From NCBI GenBank assembly GCA_963716745.1, contig OY970320.1:2016001-2080000 (forward strand): a stretch of 64,000 bases of DNA. Direction: 5' to 3'. Position numbers and translations under genes: made by a program. The number at the start of each line of letters is the position of its first letter. Positions within the stretch are counted from its first letter, which is position 1. Positions 35,688-45,844 of this stretch are shown here, piece after piece. The notes beneath the pieces were generated by a model, which saw only the letters and a list, made by a program, of their open reading frames with translations, was not told the DNA's origin and did not search any database. Source of the stretch: an uncultured Gemmatimonadaceae bacterium. Its GTDB lineage: Bacteria > Gemmatimonadota > Gemmatimonadetes > Gemmatimonadales > Gemmatimonadaceae.

Positions 35688-36575
35688 TCAGCCGCCTGCA
35701 GCGGATCCGAGTTCGCCGGCGTCTGCCGCTGCACCTGGTTGCACAGCAGAAGGATCGGAGCGCCCTGTTCAATCGACGTCCAGCCACGCCGGGAACGGCC
35801 AATCCTTCGGCTGGAGCAAGAGATGACAACGCCCTCGATGCTCGAATTCGTTCGGCGGCGATCATCTCGCACCGCTCCTTGAGGACCACGCATCGTATGC
35901 CACCTGCTCACACCATCTCAGCACTTCCGCTCGCATTCGTGAGCATTGAGAGTTCGGGGTTCGAGTGCATCTCGACCAGGAATCGCGTCTCACGCCGCGC
36001 CGCGATCCGGCGACTGCCGGCGAGTACCTTCGCCTCTGCTCCTTCGACATCGATCTTGATGAAGTCAGGCTGAAGTCCTAGCGCGACAGCCGACAGCGTC
36101 GAGTGTCGTCGTCGCAACCTGTATTGCATCACCTCGAGCGGCGGCGGTCTTGGCGTGTTGCGGCGAACGCGCTTCCCGCCTCACCCAACCCGGTGGTCCA
36201 GAACGTGACGCTGTCGCCTGCACGGTCGCCAGCGAACCCAGAAACAAAGCGGGCGCGCTCGGTCAATCCGTTCAAGGCCAAATTGCGCTCTGCGACTGAC
36301 AGCGCTTCGGGATTCGCCTCGATGAGCGCAACGATCTCAACCTTCGAGAACGCCAGCGCCAGGACAGCATCGTAGCCAACGTTCGCTCCGACATCAAAGA
36401 TGACCCTCGACCGCATCGCGCAGGCGAGGAACCAGGCGTCGTCGTAGTCGGGCGTGTGCCGGAAGGTGCCGGTTCGGAGGCGCAACGTGCGGCCAAGGAC
36501 CTTCACGGACTCATCGAATGGGCCTGCGCCGAGGCGCGTCATCACGCGGCGCCAGAGTTCACCTGCGGATCCCAT
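35688..36575 (-). CDS. FkbM-family methyltransferase, frameshifted (end approximate)
   Basis: FDVGANVG, EANP, PDFIKIDVEGAE, LVEMH. Confidence 0.85.
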
Positions 36576-36579
36576 GGTG

Positions 36580-37651
36580 TCAGTTCTCGCGGTGCGGCGC
36601 GCGCACCATCAATGCCGTCCACTTTCGCGCCAAGCGATACGGCCTGAGCACGTGATACAGGCCCCGCAGTCCGGCGGGCAGGGCGGTCACCTCCAGATCA
36701 TCGATGGTCGGCGTGATCGCCGAGCGCATCGCGAACGCCAGCCGATCCCGCGCTCGCTCACGCATCGCGAACTGGAATCTCGTGCTCTCGACGAAACCGG
36801 GCGCATCGCTCCCGCTCATCATCCGTCGGCGGATCTCTGCGACCAACGCAGGCGGGCACGCGTGAGCCAGCGTCTGCGCGGCCTTCGGCAGCGGGGACTC
36901 GGCGATCTCCGCCGCCAGCGCCAGCGCGAGTCCCGTCATTCGCGCCGTCCCCAAACTCGCGCTCGTCCGCTGCACGAACTCCCAGTCCATCGGCTCCAGC
37001 CTCGCCACTGCCGCGATATCCCCGATCCACCGGAGATGCGGCCATTCGTGTTTCCCACCGTGGATCGCAAGATAGACCAACGTCAACTCATTCGAGAGCG
37101 CCATTACCTCGGCCCCGCCCACCGGCACGCGTTGGGCGTTCTCCCACCAGAGCCCCTCGCCGCACGCTCAGCCCGAACTGCCGCTTGATGATCCCCCAAT
37201 GCAACTCCACGCTCGTGCCCGCCGCGTTCACGAGCGAGTGATGGTACTCGATCTCGCGGAACGCCGCATCCTGCCCCGGCGCGAGCTCGTGCACCCGCGA
37301 ATATCCAGCCGCCGACAGCTCCGCGATCGCGCGATCCACATCGCGCTCGTGCACCAGCAGGTCCACATCCATCTGCGGCCGCAGCGCGAGATCCCCGTAC
37401 GCGTGCGCCGCAAGCACCGCGCCCTTGAGCACGATCGCCGGCATGCCCGCGCGCTCCAAGCGCCGGCTGAGCGAGACGGTCTCGCCAGCGAGCATCAACG
37501 ATTGCATGGCCTGGGTCCTCGCGCGCCGCGCGATGTCCTCGCGCACCGGCGCCGGAACTGAAGAACTCGGCGCGGCCGCCACCCAGCGCGCCACCAGTGG
37601 CATCACGCCGTGCCACTCCGCCAGCTCCACCAGCGCGCTCCACTCACCCAC
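36580..37651 (-). CDS. Uncharacterised nucleotidyltransferase (NTP_transf_5-like), one frameshift near 37160; start may lie slightly upstream
   Basis: HGVMPL, VLKG..LA...Y...ALR...DVDLLV, VELHW, H..KH...LRW..D. Confidence 0.85.
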
Positions 37652-37733
37652 CGCCGCCGAGCGTGCCGTCAGCTCGGCGATGGCCGCACCCGGGTCGGCC
37701 GCCCTCGCGAGGAACGCGAGGGCGCCGCCCGTG

Positions 37734-39719
37734 CTAGTGCCCGCCGTACTGGTACGCGGTGAAGTCCTTCCACATCTGCTCGATCATCTTCCCTTGCAGC
37801 GTCAGCTTGTACTGCTTGAGCGTCGCCTGGTCGGTGATGGTCACCGTGTACGTCGCCGTCGACCCCACCGCGCGCGGCGCGAAATCGTTCACGCGATACA
37901 CGTAAATGCCCTGGTATGGCATCGCTTTCCCCGCGAGCTTCATCTGCTCGACGTTCAGCATCGCCGGCACCCGCACCTTCTCCACGGGAATGATCTCCAC
38001 GCCGTCGCGGAAGATGCGCATGTTGCCGAAGCTGCCCTCGCTCACGTTCTGCACCTTGTCCGGCTGATAGTACGGGAACTCGGTGCGGTCGGGGAACACG
38101 TTGAACACGATCACGGCCTTGCGGTCGTTCAGGAAATCGTCCCAATCGGTCCAGCCCTGGATCGGGTCGATCTTGGTGAACGTGCCATAGCGCTTGGGAT
38201 CGTCCTGCTTCTTGTCCGACAGCGCGTTCACGGCCTGCTGCTGACGCCACGCCATGAGCTGCGGCGTCATCATGAAGATCTTGAACGGGCCCTGCTCGGC
38301 TTGATACACCTCGATGTTCATGTCCTTGCCGAGCTTCGCCACCGCCGCGATCGGCGCCATCGGGAAGGGCTCCCGCGGCACGATCGGCAGCAGCTCGTCG
38401 CTCACCGGCTTCGCCACGAGCGACGGGATCGAATCGCGCGCCTTGGCCATGAACGGGAGGAGCACGGGCGTCGCGACGCTCGTCTCCACACGCGTACCGC
38501 CCTGGTCGCTCGCGGCCTTGTCGCTGTTCAACCCGAGGACGAATCCGTCCTTGCTCACGAGCGGACCGCCGGTGTTGAATTCGCCGACCGCCACGTCGCT
38601 CGTCACGGTGTTCGCGTCGGCGTTGCTCACGAGCCCCAGCGAGAAGACGCCGAGCTTGTTGAGCGGCGAGCCGAACGCGAGCACGCGGTCGCCGGGGCCG
38701 GGCGGCGCCGAATGCGCGCTGTCCGGGAACTGCAGCACCGCGCACTTCGGGCAGCGCTTGGGATTCACCGCGAGCACGGCGATGTCCTTGTCGCGGTCCT
38801 TCGCGATCACGCGCGCGTACACCTTGGTGACGCTGTCGAACTGGACGCGAATGTCGTCGCTGAACTCCACGAGATGCAGGTTGGTGAGCACGAAGCCGTT
38901 CGAATCGGCGTAGAAGCCGGTGCCGCGGAATTCCGTGCCGTACACCATGAACAAACCCGAACGGTCACGCTCGAAGATCTCCTTCTCGGTAAGCACTCTG
39001 GGCGGCGGCGGCGCGGCGATCCGCACGGTGTCGTGCGTCGCGATCGCGGTGCCGCCCGCGGCCGCGCCGAGCGGATTCACCGCCTCGACGCTCGCGTTCT
39101 TCTGCGTGAGCTCGATCGGCGCCATGTCTCTCGCGATCACGGCATTGAACGCCCACCGATAGCGCATGCCCGCGACCTCGGCCATCGATTCGATGCGGTA
39201 GCCGCCGGGGCGGAGACTGCGCGTGAACTTCCCTTCGAGATCGGTGGAGACGTGCAGCGAGTCGCCGCGCGGAGTGATCAGCAGCAGGTCCAACTGCGGC
39301 AGCGGACGCACCGTGAGATCGGGATTCACGACGGCCGCGCGAATGACCACGGGAACGAAGGTGTCCACCGGCGCGGAAGCGACCGGCACGGGCACGGCAC
39401 CCGGCATGACGCGGTGCGCGGTATCGGCGGCGACCTTCGGATTGTTCGGATTGCAGACCGTCTCGAGTCCGCTGATGAGATCGCTCGTGCCGCCCGCGCG
39501 CTTGAGCACCGTCTCGACGTCCGGCGTCATCACGAAGCTGATGCAGTTCTGCTTCGCCAGCGTCAGCACGCGCGTGCTCGCGACTTTCCGCTTGAGCAGT
39601 CCCACGAGATCATCGAGGGAGTACGCTTTGCCCTGGCCGGCGGCGACGGAAGATCCGGCGAGGAGCAACGCCACCGAGATCATCATGGCGCGGCAGGTCA
39701 TTTTGGGCACAGATCGCAT
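37734..39719 (-). CDS. Secreted protein with a carboxypeptidase-regulatory-like domain and a trypsin-like (S1C) domain, catalytic Ser replaced by Thr
   Basis: Signal peptide, GTGF, LTNLHLV, DIAVL, GEFNTGGPL. Confidence 0.75.
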   Translation of the reverse strand: MRSVPKMTCRAMMISVALLLAGSSVAAGQGKAYSLDDLVGLLKRKVASTRVLTLAKQNCISFVMTPDVETVLKRAGGTSDLISGLETVCNPNNPKVAADTAHRVMPGAVPVPVASAPVDTFVPVVIRAAVVNPDLTVRPLPQLDLLLITPRGDSLHVSTDLEGKFTRSLRPGGYRIESMAEVAGMRYRWAFNAVIARDMAPIELTQKNASVEAVNPLGAAAGGTAIATHDTVRIAAPPPPRVLTEKEIFERDRSGLFMVYGTEFRGTGFYADSNGFVLTNLHLVEFSDDIRVQFDSVTKVYARVIAKDRDKDIAVLAVNPKRCPKCAVLQFPDSAHSAPPGPGDRVLAFGSPLNKLGVFSLGLVSNADANTVTSDVAVGEFNTGGPLVSKDGFVLGLNSDKAASDQGGTRVETSVATPVLLPFMAKARDSIPSLVAKPVSDELLPIVPREPFPMAPIAAVAKLGKDMNIEVYQAEQGPFKIFMMTPQLMAWRQQQAVNALSDKKQDDPKRYGTFTKIDPIQGWTDWDDFLNDRKAVIVFNVFPDRTEFPYYQPDKVQNVSEGSFGNMRIFRDGVEIIPVEKVRVPAMLNVEQMKLAGKAMPYQGIYVYRVNDFAPRAVGSTATYTVTITDQATLKQYKLTLQGKMIEQMWKDFTAYQYGGH

Positions 39720-39915
39720 GGCGGTTGGGCGGGGACGGGGAATTCGAGGGGTTGACGGTCCCCCAATTGTAATGCACATCACACTTTAGCGCGAACTACG
39801 AGATCGGCCATTGGCCATCGACCATAGCTATCGTAACGACGTAATAGCGGGCGGGGAGTCACATGACTTCGCGCGGTTCCGACAGCCGACAGCCGACGAG
39901 CCGAGACCCGCGTAG

Positions 39916-41610
39916 TTACGGGCACTCCGGCGGCGTGGCGCCGCGCGAGAGGGCATCATCGCGCTCGGCTTTGCACGCGTTCGCGTTCGCGGCGGTCGCG
40001 GCGGCGATCTCCTTCTTCAGCTGCTTCAGCGCGGGCGAGTCGGGGTATTTTCGGGCCAACTCCGAGAGCTTGTCGCTCGCGTTACCGTAGTCGACGAGCG
40101 CCATTTCATACTCGCCGTTGTTCTTTCGCGACGTGCCCGCCGCGATCGCATCCCTGATCGGCTGGATCACTTCGGTGAGATCCGTGGTGGACGGTACCGG
40201 AGCGATGCGCGGGCCCTTGGCCTTCGCGATGCTGTCCGCCTTCAGCTGGCTGTCCGCGCGCGCCAGGCTGTCGCGAAGGGCCGCGGCGATCCTCGCCTCG
40301 GAGTCGGGCTTGGCAGCGCTGTCCGCGACCGGTGCGGTGGCGGCGACGGCCGTCTTGGGCGGCTGCTGCTGCGTGTACCACCAGTAGCCGCCGCCGCCGG
40401 CGCCCGCGAGCACGACGAACAGCCCCACGAACAGTCCGGTGCGGCTCTTCTTGAGCCCGGCGCTCTCGGCCAGCTCGCCGGTGTTGCCGCTGCCGACGGT
40501 CGCGGTGGGACGGCGCGCTCCGCCGGTCGGCTGCGTCGCGGTCTCGCCTCCGAATCGTCTCGCTTCGGTGCGCATCGGATTCAACGCACTGTCCGCCGCG
40601 TGCGACGCCGTGATCGCGATCGTGCCCTGCTGCGAGAGTGCCGACTGCGGCATGGACGCGACGGCCTTAACAAGATCGCGGCCGAACTGGTTCACGTGCT
40701 GGTACCGCTCGCCGGGATGGTTCGACAGCGCGCGGTCCATCACCCACTGCATCTCCTCGGGCCACTGCACGTCGGGCGCGATCTCCATGAGCGTGCGCGG
40801 CTTCTCGGTGAGGCGCATGATGAGCGCCTCGCGGCTGGTGACGGCGGGGAAGGGCAGCTGTCCCGTGAACATGTTGAACGTGACGAGGCCGAGCGAATAG
40901 ATGTCGGTGCGCGAATCGAGCTGGTCGCCGCCGAGTTGCTCGGGCGACATGTACTCGGGCGTGCCGATCGCGAGCCCGGTCTTGGTGACCTTCTGCTCGT
41001 CGTTGCTCATGGCTTTCGCGATTCCGAAGTCCACGACCTTCACGACGTCTTCGCCGGCGCGGCCGCGCGCGACCATGATGTTGTCGGGCTTGAGATCGCG
41101 ATGCACGATGCCCATCTCGTGCGCGGCCTCGAGCGCTTCACTCGTCTGCCGCGTGATCTCCGCCGCGCGCACGGCGGGCAGCGCGCCCTGCCGCTCGATG
41201 ATCTTCGTGAGCGGCTCGCCGTCCACGAATTCCATCGCGAGATAGATGAGGCCGTCGGCCGTCTCGCCGAAATCGTAGATCGCGGCGACGTTCGGATGCT
41301 GGATGGAGCTGGCGTTGCTGGCTTCGCGATTGAAGCGCTGGATGGCGTCCTGGTCGTGCACCATGCCCTGGTGCATGACCTTCACCGCCGATTTGCGCTT
41401 CATCTTCACGTGCTCGGCGAGATACACCTGGCCCATGCCGCCTTCGCCGATGCGCTTGAGGATCAGATATCGGTCGGCCACCACGGAGCCCACGAGATCG
41501 CTCCCCGGCGGCGCGCGCAGCGTCGAACCATCACGCGGACAGAAGCGCTGCTCGGCGTCGTAACTATTGCCGCATTGCGGGCAGGTCTTCTGGGCGGGGG
41601 CGGGGGACAT
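39916..41610 (-). CDS. Hanks-type Ser/Thr protein kinase with N-terminal Zn ribbon and a TM helix
   Basis: CPQC..FCPRDG, IGEGGMGQVY, AVK, HRDLKPDN, DFGIAK, GTPEYMSPEQ. Confidence 0.95.
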   Translation of the reverse strand: MSPAPAQKTCPQCGNSYDAEQRFCPRDGSTLRAPPGSDLVGSVVADRYLILKRIGEGGMGQVYLAEHVKMKRKSAVKVMHQGMVHDQDAIQRFNREASNASSIQHPNVAAIYDFGETADGLIYLAMEFVDGEPLTKIIERQGALPAVRAAEITRQTSEALEAAHEMGIVHRDLKPDNIMVARGRAGEDVVKVVDFGIAKAMSNDEQKVTKTGLAIGTPEYMSPEQLGGDQLDSRTDIYSLGLVTFNMFTGQLPFPAVTSREALIMRLTEKPRTLMEIAPDVQWPEEMQWVMDRALSNHPGERYQHVNQFGRDLVKAVASMPQSALSQQGTIAITASHAADSALNPMRTEARRFGGETATQPTGGARRPTATVGSGNTGELAESAGLKKSRTGLFVGLFVVLAGAGGGGYWWYTQQQPPKTAVAATAPVADSAAKPDSEARIAAALRDSLARADSQLKADSIAKAKGPRIAPVPSTTDLTEVIQPIRDAIAAGTSRKNNGEYEMALVDYGNASDKLSELARKYPDSPALKQLKKEIAAATAANANACKAERDDALSRGATPPECP

Positions 41611-41707
41611 GGGCAGATAATTGACGATTCGCGGAGGGTTGCGTCAACAATGTGGTCCAACGGCCAACCACTAACGACAGGCGGTTGGCTGTCGGCTGTC
41701 GCTGACT

Positions 41708-42769
41708 CTAACTCCCTGTGAACACCGGCTGCAGTTTCCCTTTCGCCGCCGCTCTCGCCGCGAAGAATCCGACGAGCATGAAGAGGACCGAAACGGCAAT
41801 GAAGATCGACGGCAGGCCGCTGTATTCGTGCACGAGGAACGCCTGCGTCGGATCGGTGGGATCGTACCAAGCCGTCGTGCTGTCGCCGCGATGATAGCGT
41901 GAGGCGATGTGCTGGGCCCACATGCCGCTGCGGCTCTCGCGCATGACGGTGGTGTTGCTGCTCACGTAGTCGCGCTCGCCCACGTGATATCGATAGGTGA
42001 CGATGGGGCTGTAGGTCACGCCGCCCTTACTGCCGCGATGCGATTCGACGTCCGTGAAGAGCACGACGGCGGGCGCGGACACGTAGTTGCTGAGCTTCCG
42101 GTACTGCTGGTAGTTGAGCCAGCTGCCAAGGGCCGTGAAGCATCCGGCGAAGAGAATGAACGCCGCGATGGGGAAGCGCCGGCCGGAGACGCCCCGCGAC
42201 TGCATCGTTCTCACGGTAGCGGCGATCCCGGGCGGGAGATCGCGCAGCTGGGCGTCGAGCGGGTCGGGCGTTGGTGTCGCGGGCGGCGTCTCGACGATCC
42301 CGAGGAATTGGCGCGCAGCGGCGGCGGCTTGGGCGTGCGACGTACTGCTCGTATACCAGCTCGTGAGAGGGAGCCGGTATCCGTCGCGCAGCACGATCGT
42401 GACGCGGAAGGTGGCTTGCGCCGTGCGTTGCGTGTTGGCGGAGACGCTCTGCTCGGCGACGACATCGGAGACCTTCGAGAGGTCCACCTCATCGCGCGTG
42501 GTGGTGCGAAGCGTGTGCCGCGTGATGACGAGCGTATGGCTGGGCCGGTCGAACGATGCGGTGACACGGGACGGGAGGAGCACGAACGCGAGGCCGATGA
42601 CGCCGAGGATCGGGCCGATGAGCATGGCCATCACGTTGTGCGCGGGATCCCTCACGCCGGCGAAGAGAAAGGCGGCTCCGACCGCGACGAAGATGCCTCC
42701 GATCGCGCGGAGCGAGGCGCCGGAGTCGGCGAGGACGAGTCGGTCGGGAGTGCGGAGTAGGATCTTCAC
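41708..42769 (-). CDS. Membrane protein with a C-terminal DUF3592-like domain
   Basis: Four TM segments; YSPIVTYRY, WYDPTDPTQAFL. Confidence 0.7.
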   Translation of the reverse strand: MKILLRTPDRLVLADSGASLRAIGGIFVAVGAAFLFAGVRDPAHNVMAMLIGPILGVIGLAFVLLPSRVTASFDRPSHTLVITRHTLRTTTRDEVDLSKVSDVVAEQSVSANTQRTAQATFRVTIVLRDGYRLPLTSWYTSSTSHAQAAAAARQFLGIVETPPATPTPDPLDAQLRDLPPGIAATVRTMQSRGVSGRRFPIAAFILFAGCFTALGSWLNYQQYRKLSNYVSAPAVVLFTDVESHRGSKGGVTYSPIVTYRYHVGERDYVSSNTTVMRESRSGMWAQHIASRYHRGDSTTAWYDPTDPTQAFLVHEYSGLPSIFIAVSVLFMLVGFFAARAAAKGKLQPVFTGS

Positions 42770-42991
42770 GCTGTCATAGACGATTCGGTCGATGGTGGCG
42801 CGATAGTGGTGCTAAACTGTAAACGCAGACTGTCGGCTGTCGGCTGTCGCCTGCGACGGCGGGCCAGAGGGCGAGTTACGCGGCCGCGGAAAAAATCGTC
42901 TTGGCACATCGAAAGGACCTGCATCACGCGCGACGCCCTCTTCCATCGTGGATCAGGGGGCACAACCTGTCCGACCGGAGGAGCGGCTACC

Positions 42992-43367
42992 ATGAGCAAG
43001 AACAAGAAGGGCTTCACGCTGATCGAGCTTCTGATCGTCGTGGTCATCATCGGCATTCTGGCCGCGATCGCGATTCCGAAGTTCGCCAACACGAAGGAGA
43101 AGGCCTACGTCGCGTCGATGAAGTCCGACCTTCGTAACATGGCGACCGCGCAGGAGAGCGTATTTCGCGGACAACCAGACGTACACCACGGTGCTCGCGA
43201 ACATGAACTTCACGGCGTCGCAGGCGGTGATCGCGACCGTGACGGATGCGAAGGGCACGGGTTGGGCGGCGAACACGTCGCACCCGGCGACCGCGATCAC
43301 GTGTGAAGTCGGTTTCGGCGCGGACTCGATCGCCGGCGTCGGCGATGGCGTGATCAAGTGCCAGTAA
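42992..43367 (+). CDS. Type IV pilin (one frameshift near 43160)
   Basis: KKG/FTLIELLIVVVIIGILAAIAIP prepilin motif, GGAG RBS; shifted frame gives a C-terminal Cys pair ending VIKCQ. Confidence 0.93.
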
Positions 43368-43388
43368 CTCCGAATACTGCTCTAACTC

Positions 43389-43421
43389 AACGGGCCCGGC
43401 GATCATCGCCGGGCCCGTTTT
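43389..43421 (+). terminator. Rho-independent terminator after the pilin
   Basis: aacgggcccggcgat-c-atcgccgggcccgtt followed by tt. Confidence 0.85.
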
Positions 43422-43434
43422 GCATCCAGTCGGT

Positions 43435-43520
43435 ACTGCAGACTGAGACGTTAGACCTAGACGTTAGAATGCGACTACTCGCCGCATTCTAAGTCTAAGT
43501 CTATAGTCTCAGTCTGTAGT
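43435..43520. repeat. Hairpin of (T)TAGAC(G)-type short tandem repeats
   Basis: Arms 43435-43473 and 43483-43520 are imperfect reverse complements; related copy at 62480-62518. Confidence 0.85.
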
Positions 43521-44843
43521 TCAGCATCCCCCACCGTCGCTCCCGATCGTGTACTGCACGCTCGTCCAACGCGAATCGACACCGGCAGCGAAGCCGTCGA
43601 TACCGAACACGGCGGTCGAGGCGACGAATTGATTCTGCGTCGCCTGCATTCCGCCGGGTGGACCGTAGTTGCGCGTGATCACCGCCGTGCCATCGACGCA
43701 GAGCGTCGCCGACGTCGTGCCGATCTTGCGCAGCCGGTACGTATGGAACGCGGTGCCCGTGAGCGCGAACGTCGCGCCCCGATTGGTCCATTTGCCGCTT
43801 CCGTTGTTGTAGGTCGCGAAGGAGACTCTATCGCTCGCGATCCCCACGAACTCCTGTCTGCGGCCGCTGCCCTGTGGCTCGGCAAAGCCGAATACCGCTT
43901 GGATCGTGCCCGCGGAGGCATTGACCACGCGGAGCCTCGCGTCCATGACCGCGGATCCGGTTCCCAGCGAATCGTGTCGTGAGTAATAGAGGCTGGTATT
44001 CGCGGTGCCCGCCTGCAGCCTCAGTTCGGTGCCCGCCGTGAAGGCCGCGGTGCCGAGCGTCGGATCGCCGGTGGACGCGAACGTTCCCCAGCGCGGTTTG
44101 CCGTTGAGATCGGGCAGAGAATCCTGCGTGCCATCGTAGATCCGGAGCCAGGTCGTCTCATGCGGCGCCGGCCACGATGCGCTCACCATGAGCGTGAAGA
44201 AGAAGGCGTGCACCGTGTCGGTGACGCCGGGATTCCAGTTGCTGGTCTTGAAGAGCCATACGATGCGATTCGTCGTATCCTTGCCCGCGGCACCGCCCGT
44301 GTAGGCTGACGGACGATTCGGATAGAAGAAATACTTCTGCCCCGCCGCGGTGAAACTGCCGGTGCCCGACTGATTGCTCACGCTCACGGCGCAGCCGACG
44401 CACGGACTCGGCCGCGAGACGTTCGGTGCGACGGTGAAGAACGCGAACACCCCCGACGTATCCGGCGCCGCCACCTCCGGATAGTTGGAACCGATCGCGA
44501 ACGCCTGGCGATTGCGAAGTTCCACGTGCGTGAACCATGTGCGGCTGCCCGCGGGGCCGACGCCGACCACATTGTGCAAACTGTCCACGACGCCGAGCAC
44601 GTCGATCGTCACGCCCTGCTGGCCATAGATCGCGGGACTGATCTTCGTGTCCGTCAGGCCCGCAATGCTGCCGGAGAGCGGCACGAACGTCGTCGTTATC
44701 GTGTTGCCGCTGATCATGCCGTTGACGAAGCCGAGTACGGGTGTCGACGGCGTCGTTATTGGAGCGGAAGGCGCCGGCTCGCTGCACGCCGCGGCGAGCA
44801 GGACGAGGGCAGCCGTTGGTATCAGTCTTGTGTGAGAAGTCAT
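43521..44843 (-). CDS. Surface lipoprotein of unknown function, beta-rich (possible lectin-like C-terminal domain)
   Basis: Lipobox LAAAC, Thr/Gly/Ser-rich sequence, intact frame. Confidence 0.7.
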   Translation of the reverse strand: MTSHTRLIPTAALVLLAAACSEPAPSAPITTPSTPVLGFVNGMISGNTITTTFVPLSGSIAGLTDTKISPAIYGQQGVTIDVLGVVDSLHNVVGVGPAGSRTWFTHVELRNRQAFAIGSNYPEVAAPDTSGVFAFFTVAPNVSRPSPCVGCAVSVSNQSGTGSFTAAGQKYFFYPNRPSAYTGGAAGKDTTNRIVWLFKTSNWNPGVTDTVHAFFFTLMVSASWPAPHETTWLRIYDGTQDSLPDLNGKPRWGTFASTGDPTLGTAAFTAGTELRLQAGTANTSLYYSRHDSLGTGSAVMDARLRVVNASAGTIQAVFGFAEPQGSGRRQEFVGIASDRVSFATYNNGSGKWTNRGATFALTGTAFHTYRLRKIGTTSATLCVDGTAVITRNYGPPGGMQATQNQFVASTAVFGIDGFAAGVDSRWTSVQYTIGSDGGGC

Positions 44844-44929
44844 ACGAAGATACCTGTGCGAGAAAGTGTGCTGCTCTTCGGTCAATGTATAACGGCCAAA
44901 TGCGCGCCGCATCAGCGACGTGCATCACA

Positions 44930-45844
44930 CTACGGGAACAGGATCGCCGGCTCGCGTTCCTGCGCGGCGGTCCCAGGGAACAGCACTTGGATCGAGTCCG
45001 GCGTCAACACGAGCGCCTTCATCGAACTGTTCGCCGCACCCATGGCCGCCGCGAAGATGCAGTACGACGCGTTGCAGCTCGCGGGGCCGCTCGCGGTGAG
45101 CGAGTCCGGGATCGCGTTCATGGGGTTCGTGCCGGTCGCGTCGATCCGGCGGAGGATCAGCTCCGGAACGGGCGCGATGTAGTAGATCTTCGTGCCATCC
45201 GCCGACCATGTCGGCGAGAACGCGCCGCCGCCTTCGTTCGTGATGCGCGTGGGCGTCCCGCCGCCGCTCGCCACGACGTACACCTGCGATGTTCCGGTTC
45301 CCACGCCCGTGTACGCGATGGTGTGGCCCATCGGATTCCACGCGGGCGCACTCACGGGGCTGTACACCGGGTCGCCGGTCGCGAGCATCTGCGCAGAATC
45401 CATCGTCCCCTGGTCCAGCGCCGGCGCGCGGATCAGCCACACCCTCGGCACGCCCGTGCGCGTGCTCACATAGGCGATGGAATCGCCGCTCGGGCTCAGC
45501 GCCGGCGTGTAGTCGAATGCGCCGCTATGCACGACGCGGTGCGGGGTCGTGATGTCGAGGTCGGCAATGTAGATCTGCGGGTAGCCGTCGCGCTCGCTCG
45601 TGAACACGATGCGCGATGCCGCACTGTTGGGATCGTAATTGTTCGATCCGGCGGTGAGCACGACCACGGAGTCGTTCCGGAATCGCACGAGACTCGTGAA
45701 GCCACCCGTGTCGGCCACATACACGAACGCCGGCAATGTCCCGGGCGGCGGCCCACCGCCACCATCGGTGCCCGTCGAGTTGCTGCAGGCGAGCGCGCCG
45801 ATCGCGAGGGCGGCCGCAAGAATGCGCACGGCGTCAGCTCGCAT
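44930..45844 (-). CDS. TolB-like (PD40 repeat) beta-propeller lipoprotein
   Basis: Lipobox ALAC, IVFTSERDG, PALSPSGDSIAYVS, PAWNPMG, PTWSADG; start overlaps the end of the PqqD gene. Confidence 0.85.
   Translation of the reverse strand: MRADAVRILAAALAIGALACSNSTGTDGGGGPPPGTLPAFVYVADTGGFTSLVRFRNDSVVVLTAGSNNYDPNSAASRIVFTSERDGYPQIYIADLDITTPHRVVHSGAFDYTPALSPSGDSIAYVSTRTGVPRVWLIRAPALDQGTMDSAQMLATGDPVYSPVSAPAWNPMGHTIAYTGVGTGTSQVYVVASGGGTPTRITNEGGGAFSPTWSADGTKIYYIAPVPELILRRIDATGTNPMNAIPDSLTASGPASCNASYCIFAAAMGAANSSMKALVLTPDSIQVLFPGTAAQEREPAILFP

Noticed and set aside
37425..39755. 776-aa plus-strand ORF, and similar long ORFs at 54750-57236 (+), 22604-24361 (-) and 60704-62056 (-)
   Set aside because: Antisense shadows of well-supported genes, expected from high-GC codon bias; no recognisable motifs.
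42901..42917. Sigma54 promoter for the pilin (TTGGCAC...)
   Set aside because: The -24 box is good but the -12 position reads AAGG rather than TTGC; unsupported unless there is a sequence error.
43150..43170. Programmed frameshift or phase variation in the pilin
   Set aside because: Only a short GA run is present, and indels are pervasive in this assembly, so a sequencing error is more parsimonious.
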